Part shown: positions 1-8,577 of the stretch, piece by piece
Layout of the letters: each line of letters begins with the position of its first letter
Numbering within the stretch: the first letter of the stretch is position 1
Source: Clostridia bacterium
Lineage (GTDB): Bacteria > Bacillota > Clostridia > Christensenellales > CAG-314
Assembly: GCA_028698585.1 (NCBI GenBank)
Contig: JAQVWG010000002.1
Location: 77,799-141,798 of the forward strand
DNA: 64,000 nucleotides
Direction: 5' to 3'
Position numbers and translations under genes: made by a program
The notes under the pieces: model-generated
Database searches by the model: none
The model's input: only the letters and a program-made list of their open reading frames with translations
Told to the model about the DNA's origin: nothing

Positions 1-1644
1 GAGAAGTTTATGACAAGCACTCCCTGTCCTGATTGTAATGGTATGAGACTTAAGAGGGAAGTATTGTCTGTGAGAATTGCGGATAAGAATATCTACGAGA
101 TAAGTCAAATGTCCATAGATGAGGCACTGGATTTTTTCGAGAATCTAGTATTGGATTCAACCAAGAGTATGATAGCCAGCGTAGTCCTTAAGGAAATCAA
201 GGCTAGGCTGAGATTTTTAATCAACGTAGGACTTAACTACCTCACTTTATCTCGCCCGAGTGCTACGTTGTCCGGTGGCGAAGCGCAGCGTATTAGACTC
301 GCAACACAGATTGGCAGTGGGCTAGTTGGCGTACTGTATATATTGGACGAGCCCAGCATAGGTCTACATCAGAGGGATAATCAGAAACTTATCCAGACAC
401 TTAAGAATCTGCGCGACCTCGGCAACACATTAATTGTAGTCGAACATGATGAAGAGACCATAATGGCAGCAGATCACATAATAGATATGGGAGTGGGCGC
501 AGGCGTCAATGGTGGCGAAATAGTGGCGACAGGTAGCGTACAAGATATAATCGATTGCAAGCAGAGTGTAACGGGTCAGTATTTATCAGGCGCTAGGCAT
601 ATAGATATACCTATTACGCGCAGACAGCCCAAGTCATTTTTGACCCTGCAGAACGCTACCAAGAATAACCTCAAGGACATTACTGTTGATATACCACTAG
701 GGTGTTTTGTGGCAGTTACAGGTGTGTCGGGCAGTGGCAAGAGTAGTCTAATCAATGAGACACTATTACCCTTCCTGTCTAATAAACTTAATAACGCACG
801 ATATCGTGCCATAGAGTGTAAACACATAATAGGCTACGAGCAACTAGATAAGGTAATCAATATAGACCAGAGCCCAATAGGGCGTACGCCTCGTAGTAAC
901 CCTGCAACATATACCAATCTATTCAACTTAATAAGAGATCTGTTCGCAAGTACGCCAGACGCTCTTGAGAGAGGGTATAAGTCGGGCAGATTCAGTTTTA
1001 ATATCGAGGGTGGCAGGTGCGAAAACTGCAAGGGCGATGGCATACTTAAGATAGAGATGAACTTCCTACCCGATGTATACGTGCCCTGTCCTGTTTGCCA
1101 TGGTGCAAGGTACAACAGGGAAACGCTTCAGGTAATGTATAAGGGCAAAACTATTGCAGATGTGCTAGATATGACTATTGATGAAGCGTGCGATTTTTTC
1201 TCTGCTATACCGTCTATTTCACGTAAACTGCAGACAATATACGATGTTGGACTGGGCTATATTAAACTGGGACAGTCGGCAACAACTCTGTCAGGTGGTG
1301 AAGCACAGCGAATCAAACTAGCGACAGAACTAGCGCGCCGTAGTACTGGCAAGACAATGTATCTGCTGGATGAACCTACGACAGGTTTGCATATGGCAGA
1401 TGTAGATATACTAATCACTATTCTGCAACGCCTTGTGAGTGCAGGTAACACTGTAGTAGTAATTGAACATAATCTCGACATTATCAAAGTATCAGATTAT
1501 TGCATTGACCTAGGGCCAGAGGGTGGCAACCAAGGTGGAGAAGTTATTGCATGTGGCACGCCCGAACAGTTGGCTCAGAATGATAAGAGTTATACAGGCA
1601 TATTCCTTAAGGAGATATTGAACAGACAACGCCGTTCAACCTAG
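1..1644 (+). CDS. uvrA: Excinuclease ABC subunit A (UvrA), C-terminal ~547 aa; the 5' end lies outside the window
   Basis: Frame 1 is open from base 1 (EKF precedes the Met at 10). Zinc-finger motifs CPDCNGMRL and [17 protein letters not shown], two [11 protein letters not shown] signatures and Walker [10 protein letters not shown] are present. TAG stop at 1642-1644. Confidence 0.95.
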   Translation, partial: EKFMTSTPCPDCNGMRLKREVLSVRIADKNIYEISQMSIDEALDFFENLVLDSTKSMIASVVLKEIKARLRFLINVGLNYLTLSRPSATLSGGEAQRIRLATQIGSGLVGVLYILDEPSIGLHQRDNQKLIQTLKNLRDLGNTLIVVEHDEETIMAADHIIDMGVGAGVNGGEIVATGSVQDIIDCKQSVTGQYLSGARHIDIPITRRQPKSFLTLQNATKNNLKDITVDIPLGCFVAVTGVSGSGKSSLINETLLPFLSNKLNNARYRAIECKHIIGYEQLDKVINIDQSPIGRTPRSNPATYTNLFNLIRDLFASTPDALERGYKSGRFSFNIEGGRCENCKGDGILKIEMNFLPDVYVPCPVCHGARYNRETLQVMYKGKTIADVLDMTIDEACDFFSAIPSISRKLQTIYDVGLGYIKLGQSATTLSGGEAQRIKLATELARRSTGKTMYLLDEPTTGLHMADVDILITILQRLVSAGNTVVVIEHNLDIIKVSDYCIDLGPEGGNQGGEVIACGTPEQLAQNDKSYTGIFLKEILNRQRRST

Positions 1645-2132
1645 CTTGTCTAGATACTGGCATTGACAGTTATATTGCGGTAGGCATGCTAATCATTCCA
1701 TATTCTGCATTGTGATATGCATAGAGATGATGATACTTGACAGTGATTATGAGTGTATTCTAGTTGAATGGCCTGTAATTTATTAGAATAATTGTGTACG
1801 TAATAACATACAATATGTTTGAGGCAGTATTATATTAGCACTATTTAGTATTAATATGATACTGTCTTAGTTTATTAGGTACCCGTTCTGTTATGTATTA
1901 ATCGAATGAAGTGTCAGTGTTATACAGATTTAATACATCGTGTAGTTGCATCGTTGTAATTTTTCACGTGAATCATACTGCCTTGAATTAATTGTTAATT
2001 ATACGACTTACATCAACTGTGTACAGTACAAGTGTTCTATATTGCACCGTACGGTGCGCGTGATATTGACACGGTTAACTGTGCGAAAGTAATATTTAAT
2101 TAACTTATTTTGGATAAAGTAGGATTGTTTTA

Positions 2133-2161
2133 TTGTTTTATTCTGCTAACTGTGCTATTAT
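2133..2161 (+). promoter_or_regulatory. Candidate sigma-A promoter for the riboswitch-folT transcript
   Basis: TTGTTT (2133-2138), 17-nt spacer, TATTAT (2156-2161). This places a transcription start a few nt before the riboswitch P1 stem. Confidence 0.4.
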
Positions 2162-2167
2162 GTAATT

Positions 2168-2278
2168 GCAAAGTAGATACAGTGCGTTAAGTGTGCTATG
2201 AATGGGAAGTTGTCTAGCAACGAAAAGATCATCAATATATTCTAGGTGATTTTGCGGTACTGTGTTGCGTCCGTTGCA
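2168..2278 (+). promoter_or_regulatory. THF (tetrahydrofolate, folT-motif) riboswitch
   Basis: GCAAAGUAGAU-ACAGU-GCGUUAAGUGUGCUAUGAAUGGGAAGUUGUCUAGCAACGAA ... GCGGUACUGUGUUGCGUCCGUUGCA matches, from memory, the conserved THF-I core (AGUAGAU..GCGUUAAGUG..GAAUGGGA..CAACGAA..GCGGU..UUGCAUCCG). Compensatory pairings are visible: P1 UGCAA/UUGCA, P2 ACAGU/ACUGU, P3 UGCUA/UAGCA. It sits directly upstream of a folate-type ECF S-component gene. Confidence 0.85.
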
Positions 2279-2370
2279 TAACTGTTGTTGTGAGTTTTTT
2301 TGCTCTAGCTTAATTATCCCAACGCAATTTAATCACGGACTTCCTTTTGCAGAAGGAGGTTTTTTTATTT

Positions 2371-3126
2371 ATGTTTAACGTCAAGAATGAGTTCACCACA
2401 CAGAAACTAGTTTATACTGCACTACTAGTTGCACTAAATGTTCTAGCCAACATATTCTCTATACCGATATTGGGCAGTAATTACATATCATTCACCTACT
2501 TAGTCTGTTTCCTTGCCGGTATGTACCTAGGTGTGGTACCAGCTGTCATAGTCGGAGGTATGGGCGACTTTTTAGGGTGTCTGTTAGTTCCTAAAGGGGT
2601 GTTTAACCCATTGATATTACTGTCAAGCATTATGCTGGCACTTATACCTGCCCTTATATTCAGGTATAGCAAACAAAACAAGTATATCAACGTAGCTATT
2701 AGCGTATTCTTGTGTCTGTTCCTCTGCACTGCATTCCTTAATACTTTGGGGTTGTGGTTGATATACGGATTTAATAATGAAGGTATCGAAATAGTCAATT
2801 TTGTTTCGTACATTCAGGCAGTTAGACCAATAAGAACTGGTTTTTGGACGTATTTGGCAGCTCGAATACCTTTCCAGACGCTCAACGCTCTAGTTAATGC
2901 CGTCTTGATATGTGTTATAATTAAGAGTGGTATCATGGATAAGGCCATGTCCGTACAGTTTGTCAAGAGGGGTGCAACTCTCAACAGAAGTGTGTCAACT
3001 GACAGTACATTAAATAAGGCCACAGATGAGAGCGCACTTGCAGTGGCAACACAGACAGTATCGGGTAGCGACAATACATGCAATATTCCCAATAGTCATG
3101 TACACAACAGCGCAGATAAGGGATAG
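2371..3126 (+). CDS. folT: ECF transporter S component, folate family (FolT-like), with a ~60-aa hydrophilic C-terminal tail
   Basis: AGAAGGAGG RBS at 2351-2359 lies 11 nt before the ATG at 2371; the tracked ORF start at 2347 is a TTG with no RBS. About 6 predicted TM helices. The THF riboswitch lies upstream and the shared ECF module ecfA1A2T is at 9.3-11.9 kb. Confidence 0.75.
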   Translation: MFNVKNEFTTQKLVYTALLVALNVLANIFSIPILGSNYISFTYLVCFLAGMYLGVVPAVIVGGMGDFLGCLLVPKGVFNPLILLSSIMLALIPALIFRYSKQNKYINVAISVFLCLFLCTAFLNTLGLWLIYGFNNEGIEIVNFVSYIQAVRPIRTGFWTYLAARIPFQTLNALVNAVLICVIIKSGIMDKAMSVQFVKRGATLNRSVSTDSTLNKATDESALAVATQTVSGSDNTCNIPNSHVHNSADKG

Positions 3127-3188
3127 AACAATATGCAGATATACACTGTCAACGTACTGACAGTGCGACTGCGCGTATATTAAGTGAT

Positions 3189-3917
3189 ATGGACAAGACT
3201 GAACAATTAGCTCAATGGATAGGTGAGTGCAACAACGTTGTTTTTTTCGGTGGCGCAGGTGTGTCCACTGAGAGTGGGATACCAGATTTTCGCTCGCAGG
3301 GCGGTCTATATAGCCAACAATATGAGTACCCACCAGAGACTATATTGAGCCACGAGTTTTTTCAATCCCACACAGACAAGTTCTACAACTTCTATCGGCG
3401 TAAAATGATAGCCACTCATGCGCTACCTAATAGCGCGCACTACTACCTAGCCCGACTGGAGAGAATGGGCATTCTCAAGGCAATTATTACTCAGAATATT
3501 GACAACCTACATCAGATGGCTGGTAGCAGTAACGTGTTGGAACTACACGGCAGTGTATATAGGAACTATTGTGTCAACTGTGGTGCATTCTATACCGTTG
3601 ATAAGATAATCAATAGCCAATCAGTACCAAGGTGTGATGTATGTGGTGGGATAATCAAGCCAGATGTCGTATTATACAACGAACCACTCAATCAACGAGT
3701 GTGGCAAAGTAGTTTAATGGCAGTTGCTCAGGCAGACATGCTCATAGTGGGTGGTACTTCGTTGACCGTCTACCCTGCTACGTATATAGTAGACTGTTAC
3801 CGTGGCAATAGGCTAGTTCTAATTAACAAGTCGGTAACTCAATATGACTATCGTGCCAACTTGTGTATCAATCAGCCGATAGGTCAAGTATTCGACCTCT
3901 TATCTAATGCTATTTAG
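3189..3917 (+). CDS. cobB: NAD-dependent protein deacetylase, Sir2/CobB family
   Basis: GAGVSTESGIPDFRS NAD-binding motif, QNIDNLH, and a zinc ribbon CVNCG...CDVCGG. Confidence 0.9.
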   Translation: MDKTEQLAQWIGECNNVVFFGGAGVSTESGIPDFRSQGGLYSQQYEYPPETILSHEFFQSHTDKFYNFYRRKMIATHALPNSAHYYLARLERMGILKAIITQNIDNLHQMAGSSNVLELHGSVYRNYCVNCGAFYTVDKIINSQSVPRCDVCGGIIKPDVVLYNEPLNQRVWQSSLMAVAQADMLIVGGTSLTVYPATYIVDCYRGNRLVLINKSVTQYDYRANLCINQPIGQVFDLLSNAI

Positions 3918-4369
3918 TCTATTAGGCGATTAGTCATTAGACTGATATTTTTGATTATTTTTAACTCAATATCTGCGAAGTGATTGAGGTAGAATCAGAG
4001 TTATTCTTTGTCTTAATTGATGATAAAGTGAGCACTCTGTCTACTCACAAGATGTTAGCCATTCTATTCAGTAACATAATGTCCGCAAAGTATAACATGC
4101 TATTATTTGTACTTACATTTATTGTCTGCAACTAACAGCATAAAGGTAGTTATTATCCCTAAGTCAATACAACACATAGACCTGTAGACACTCACTAAGT
4201 AACTTATGTATCCTAAATGCTTATTTAATAAGAACAATCAGTCAATTTTACTTATATGTATAGATATGCACAACGGTTGTTAGTAGTGTGCTTAATAAGA
4301 GTGTCATTATTCTTGCCAAAACCACTAATAACAGTTATCATTAGATATACATAACAGGAGGCATTATAT

Positions 4370-5389
4370 ATGAAATTAAAGAAGTGGCAAAGAGCACTCA
4401 TAATTGTAGCATGCGTTGTGTTCGTTTGGGGCGTTATTGCTGTTTTTCCTCGCACCACTGCACATGCAGATAATATCTATGTTGTTGGTAAGGATAATTT
4501 ACCCATACTTATAGCGCACGGTGGGGGCAATGAGGAGTATCCTGATAACACGTTAGAAGCATTCTGTAATGCGTATAGCATAGATAACAATGTAATGATG
4601 GAAACTGATGTATCTATCACTAAGGATGATGTCATTCTTCTTTCACACGATACCACAATCGATAGGAAAACCAATAAGAGTGGCGAGATTATTCAATGGA
4701 ATTACAGCGATTTGATTGAACAACAGGTGGATTTTGCTTATAACGGTGTGGACGAAGATAACGATGACCTAGTCTATACCAACTATAACGGAGACCATGT
4801 ACTGCCTACTGATGTTACTTATCCGCAGGCATATTATGACGCACTTGCAGATGGGGACATAGAAGAAAGAAGTACAACAGTTTTTTTGGCGACTACACTT
4901 GAGGATCTGTTGATAGTATTCCCCAACAACAGCATAAATGTTGAGATTAAGCAGAGTGGTGATACAGGGCTGAAGGCGTTACAGGTCGCTATGGACTTGG
5001 TTAGGGAGTATGATGCCTTGGACAGGGTTGTGTTCGCATCCTTCCATAAGGAGATATACGAACAGATTAAGGAATATTATAAGACCAATCCTAATATGAT
5101 GTTCAGTCCAGAGAAGAACGGTGTAGCAGGCATACTGGTAACTAGTTGGATATGGGTAGACTTATTCTACTTCGAACCAATAGCCGTACTCCAAGTGCCG
5201 ATGAGCGAGGGTGTAATTAACGTTGCTACCCGCAATTTCGTGGCTACTGCGCATAGACACAACATAGCAGTGCACTTCTGGACTATTGATGATGAAGAAG
5301 ATATGAGGTACCTAATTAGCATAGGCGCAGACGGTATTATGACTAATCGACCGACACTGCTTAAGGCTGTTCTGGATAGTTATATTTAA
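4370..5389 (+). CDS. Secreted glycerophosphodiester phosphodiesterase (GDPD) family protein
   Basis: AGGAGG RBS. N-terminal signal peptide (ALIIVACVVFVWGVIAVF..AHA). GDPD motifs HGGGNEEYPDNTLEAF, ETDVSITKDDV and C-terminal GADGIMTNRP. Confidence 0.85.
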   Translation: MKLKKWQRALIIVACVVFVWGVIAVFPRTTAHADNIYVVGKDNLPILIAHGGGNEEYPDNTLEAFCNAYSIDNNVMMETDVSITKDDVILLSHDTTIDRKTNKSGEIIQWNYSDLIEQQVDFAYNGVDEDNDDLVYTNYNGDHVLPTDVTYPQAYYDALADGDIEERSTTVFLATTLEDLLIVFPNNSINVEIKQSGDTGLKALQVAMDLVREYDALDRVVFASFHKEIYEQIKEYYKTNPNMMFSPEKNGVAGILVTSWIWVDLFYFEPIAVLQVPMSEGVINVATRNFVATAHRHNIAVHFWTIDDEEDMRYLISIGADGIMTNRPTLLKAVLDSYI

Positions 5390-5403
5390 TGGCGACTGCC
5401 CAT

Positions 5404-5674
5404 TAGTTAATCATCACCTGTATATATAAAAGGCTCTTTGTTGCCAAAGAGCCTTGTAATGCTGATGTAGATTATCTATAGATTCAGTATGAGTTTATTA
5501 TGTGTTACTCTTGTCAACTAACTTACCTCCTACTTAATTTAGTTAATCATCACCTGCATATATAAAAGGCTCTTTGTTGCCAAAGAGCCTTGTAATGCTG
5601 ATGTAGATTATCTATAGAATCAGTATGAGTTTATTATGTGTTACTCTTGTCAACTAACTTACCTCCTACTTAAT
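5404..5674. repeat. Tandem direct repeat, 2 x 135 bp (2 mismatches); each unit carries a terminator hairpin
   Basis: TTAGTTAATCATCACCTG starts at 5404 and again at 5539. The units differ only at cctgT/Catat and tagaT/Atcag. Confidence 0.95.
5430..5455. terminator. Stem-loop terminator between convergent genes; a second copy lies 135 bp downstream
   Basis: AAGGCTCTTTG-TTGC-CAAAGAGCCTT. It is flanked by an A-run on the plus strand and a T-run on the minus strand. Confidence 0.7.
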
Positions 5675-5727
5675 ATAGATAGTATGCTATTATACTATAT
5701 GAGTATATGAGGCTGTATTGAGGGATA

Positions 5728-6063
5728 CTAGTCTTGACTGCGGTTGTTATACTCGACTACGTTGAGTTCAACGATAGTGTAGTTATCGAGTAGTTTAGCA
5801 ACGAACAACTCTATGTCTTCTTGCGTAATGTTCTTACATGAGTAATATACATCGTCAACATCAACAATATATCTATCGTTCACGCTACCTATTCGTAGTA
5901 TCATTTTGTCCTTGACATATACGGAAAATCCGCCATCGCTACTCCTATAACTAATATTCTCAGGAATTAAGTCTGCCTCATCGAATACATAGCCCGTACT
6001 GCTTGGCAAGTTCAAGTCATAGTGTGTAATGACGAACGTCCTACTATTGGTGTTTACGCACAT
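5728..6063 (-). CDS. Hypothetical protein (111 aa)
   Basis: Its ATG overlaps the stop of the upstream ORF (ATGTGCGTAA), which suggests translational coupling. I recognise no family. Confidence 0.5.
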   Translation of the reverse strand: MCVNTNSRTFVITHYDLNLPSSTGYVFDEADLIPENISYRSSDGGFSVYVKDKMILRIGSVNDRYIVDVDDVYYSCKNITQEDIELFVAKLLDNYTIVELNVVEYNNRSQD

Positions 6064-6551
6064 ACTTCTATTCTATGTGGTTCGTTATTCCTGACTAATG
6101 TGCAGTACCTACATTGACAATTATCGTCTAAGGGTGGATTATACTCTCCATATGCAGAGAGTACATCAAACACATATCGTCCTATGTTACCGTTATTTCG
6201 ATAAATAACGGTATGCGCTGGATAATCGCCGTTATATGTTACATCGTAATAATTCTTCATATCCTCATTTGAATAGAATAGGTCAAAATCCAACATAAAT
6301 CTTAGTCCGTAACCCATGAGTTGACCTATCTCAGGCTCATCACTCGCAAGGGTAATAAATGTCATACTGTGTTCGGAGTCGCTAGTCACAAGGCTGGCTT
6401 GTGTCAATGACTCTAAGTCAGTGAACCATCTATTAACTAGACAATCACCATTACCGTCACATCCAGTAAGTCCTACACACAGACTAGCAAGTAACACTAT
6501 TGCTAGTATACACATTTTAACTTTTTCATGATTGTTTACCTCCGTGTCCAA
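6054..6551 (-). CDS. Hypothetical lipoprotein; start uncertain (ORF limits given)
   Basis: Signal peptide with lipobox: MCILAIVLLASLCVGLTG|C. The in-frame ATG at 6515 lacks an RBS. A strong GGAGGT RBS serves an out-of-frame ATG at 6529 (see findings). Confidence 0.6.
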   Translation of the reverse strand: MDTEVNNHEKVKMCILAIVLLASLCVGLTGCDGNGDCLVNRWFTDLESLTQASLVTSDSEHSMTFITLASDEPEIGQLMGYGLRFMLDFDLFYSNEDMKNYYDVTYNGDYPAHTVIYRNNGNIGRYVFDVLSAYGEYNPPLDDNCQCRYCTLVRNNEPHRIEVCA

Positions 6552-6789
6552 TAGGACATAGTTGATATAGTAATGCTATTATACTATATGAGTATATGGG
6601 CAGTGTATGTTCGTACATTGCATTTAGCCCATGAGTGTTAAAAACTAATATATTTATGTTAATCTATGAAAACTATTGTTTACTTTCCCTATCTACACCT
6701 TAACATATGGTATTGCACTATGTCAAAAGGTAATTATGGAATATTTCGTGAAAATTGGGTGTAAATTGTATGAAATTGACAGCAAAAAC

Positions 6790-6815
6790 AAGGCTCTTTA
6801 ACATTAAAGAGCCTT
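6790..6815 (-). terminator. Rho-independent terminator of the rplM-rpsI transcript
   Basis: On the minus strand: AAGGCTCTTTA-ATGT-TAAAGAGCCTT followed by GTTTTTG. Confidence 0.75.
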
Positions 6816-6967
6816 GTTAACAAGTTGTCTGGCAACGCATAACTGTGTATCTTGAATGTGCAGTCGACAAGATTAGAGGCTCAAGTTATGTGTAGGCAAA
6901 CAAAAACCGACAGATATAATTCTGTCGGTTGTATGTGTAATAGATTGAATATACGGATAATACGGTA

Positions 6968-7378
6968 TTATCTCTTTGAGAATTGTGGGGCTTTCCTTGC
7001 CTTGTGTAGTCCGTACTTTTTTCTTTCCTTCATTCTTGGGTCACGAGTTAAGAAACCAGCCTTCTTGAGGGCGTCCTTGTTTTCCTCAGCCTCAACCAGT
7101 GCTCTTGCAATGCCGTGTCTAATAGCACCTGCTTGACCGGTTGTGCCGCCGCCGTCTACATTGACAAATACGTCATACTTGGTAGTTGTGCCTGTGGCTT
7201 CGAGTGGTTGACGCACGATATACTTCAATGTGTCAAGTGGGAAATAGTCGTCAATATCTCTCTTGTTGATTGTGATTGCGCCAGTACCTGACGGAACTAG
7301 GCGTACACGAGCGATTGACTTTTTTCTTCTGCCGGTACCAATGAATTGAACCTTTTTCTTTAATACTACTTTTGTCAT
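6968..7378 (-). CDS. rpsI: 30S ribosomal protein S9
   Basis: [14 protein letters not shown] near the N-terminus and a C-terminal basic tail ..[21 protein letters not shown]. Confidence 0.97.
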   Translation of the reverse strand: MTKVVLKKKVQFIGTGRRKKSIARVRLVPSGTGAITINKRDIDDYFPLDTLKYIVRQPLEATGTTTKYDVFVNVDGGGTTGQAGAIRHGIARALVEAEENKDALKKAGFLTRDPRMKERKKYGLHKARKAPQFSKR

Positions 7379-7390
7379 TTTTTATCCCTC

Positions 7391-7825
7391 CTACTCGCCC
7401 AATACTAGCACTTCGGGTTGTTGTGCTTGATTATTGTGTTCGCTGCCCTTATACACTCGTAATTTCTTGAGCATTTGTCTGCCAAGACTATTCTTGGGTA
7501 GCATACCTTTAACTGCTCTCATTACTACGAAATCACTGCGCTCAGCCATCAGCTTGCCGTACTTAATTACGTGTAGGTTACCAATATTGCCACTGTGTCT
7601 CCTAAACTCTTTTTGCTCCAATTTATTGCCTGTTAGGACAATCTTGTCGGTATTGATAACTATAACGTGGTCACCTGTGTCTACATGAGGTGTAAATGTG
7701 GGCTTATTCTTACCACGCAGTATACTTGCCACTTGGCTAGCCAATCTACCAAGTACCATGCCGTTAGCGTCAATTAGATACCATTTGCGTTGGACGGTTT
7801 CTGGGTGTGCCATAAAACTTTTCAT
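7391..7825 (-). CDS. rplM: 50S ribosomal protein L13
   Basis: [31 protein letters not shown] is a typical L13 N-terminus. It lies immediately upstream of rpsI. Confidence 0.97.
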   Translation of the reverse strand: MKSFMAHPETVQRKWYLIDANGMVLGRLASQVASILRGKNKPTFTPHVDTGDHVIVINTDKIVLTGNKLEQKEFRRHSGNIGNLHVIKYGKLMAERSDFVVMRAVKGMLPKNSLGRQMLKKLRVYKGSEHNNQAQQPEVLVLGE

Positions 7826-7980
7826 TTTTCTTTTCCTTTAATTTAAGATTTTTGCCGTTCACGGTTGAAATAGGCAGTTCAGTGGAGCGAACTATATTTT
7901 TTTGGACAACGGCAGAGCTTAAATACCATTATCGCCCATTTCACAGCCTTATAATTGTACATATGCGACTTATGAATGTC

Positions 7981-8260
7981 AAGTATTTTACATCAAGTGT
8001 ATAAAATTATCTCACATTACCAACCATGCCGTAAATGAGGATATGGTGCAGTCAGAATACGTACATAGCGGTGCTGTTGCTTTGTTGAATAGGCTAAAGG
8101 AGCGTTAAGTGTATTCAACCAAGTATTTTACATCAAGTGTATAAAATTATCTCACATTACCAACCATGCCGTAAATGAGGATATGGTGCAGTCAGAATAT
8201 GTACGTAGCGGTGCTGTTGCTTTGTTGAATAGGCTAAAGGAGCGTTAAGTGTATTCAACA
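7981..8260. repeat. Tandem direct repeat, 2 x 140 bp (about 3 mismatches), between truA and rplM
   Basis: AAGTATTTTACATCAAGTG starts at 7981 and again at 8121. Confidence 0.95.
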
Positions 8261-8577
8261 GAGATGATAGTGGTCTTAATTCAGTTAGCTCATAATACTA
8301 TGCAGGAAAAAAGAGTGACACTGGTACCGCGCTGAATGCACTTGTTTATACTATACGCTATCTAGAGTCATTGCTTTGCCTGACACAATAATTAACTGTT
8401 ACAATGTGAGTATATATTATGGGTAGTGAACAAGTGGGCTATTGAGTTATCAGTAATTATAGTGATGGTATGTAACTGGTGTGGCACAGCCACAGTCGTG
8501 AGTCGACATTTACGCTATGTTGACTTGTATATAAAGGGTGCCAACACTACTCTATAGCAGAATAACAACCTATATAG

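Noticed and set aside
576-1487. Minus-strand ORFs within uvrA (576-827, 834-1115, 1257-1487).
   Set aside because: These are shadow frames of a conserved gene, with no start context or recognisable domains.
3189-3917. The Sir2 protein as an anti-phage defence (Sir2-effector) module.
   Set aside because: It is a compact canonical sirtuin with the NAD motif and a Cys4 zinc ribbon. It has no fused or adjacent sensor, HerA, pAgo or TIR-type partner, so it fits a housekeeping CobB deacetylase.
6852-7136. Plus-strand 94-aa ORF overlapping the 3' end of rpsI.
   Set aside because: It is antisense to rpsI, starts in the terminator region, and has no RBS.
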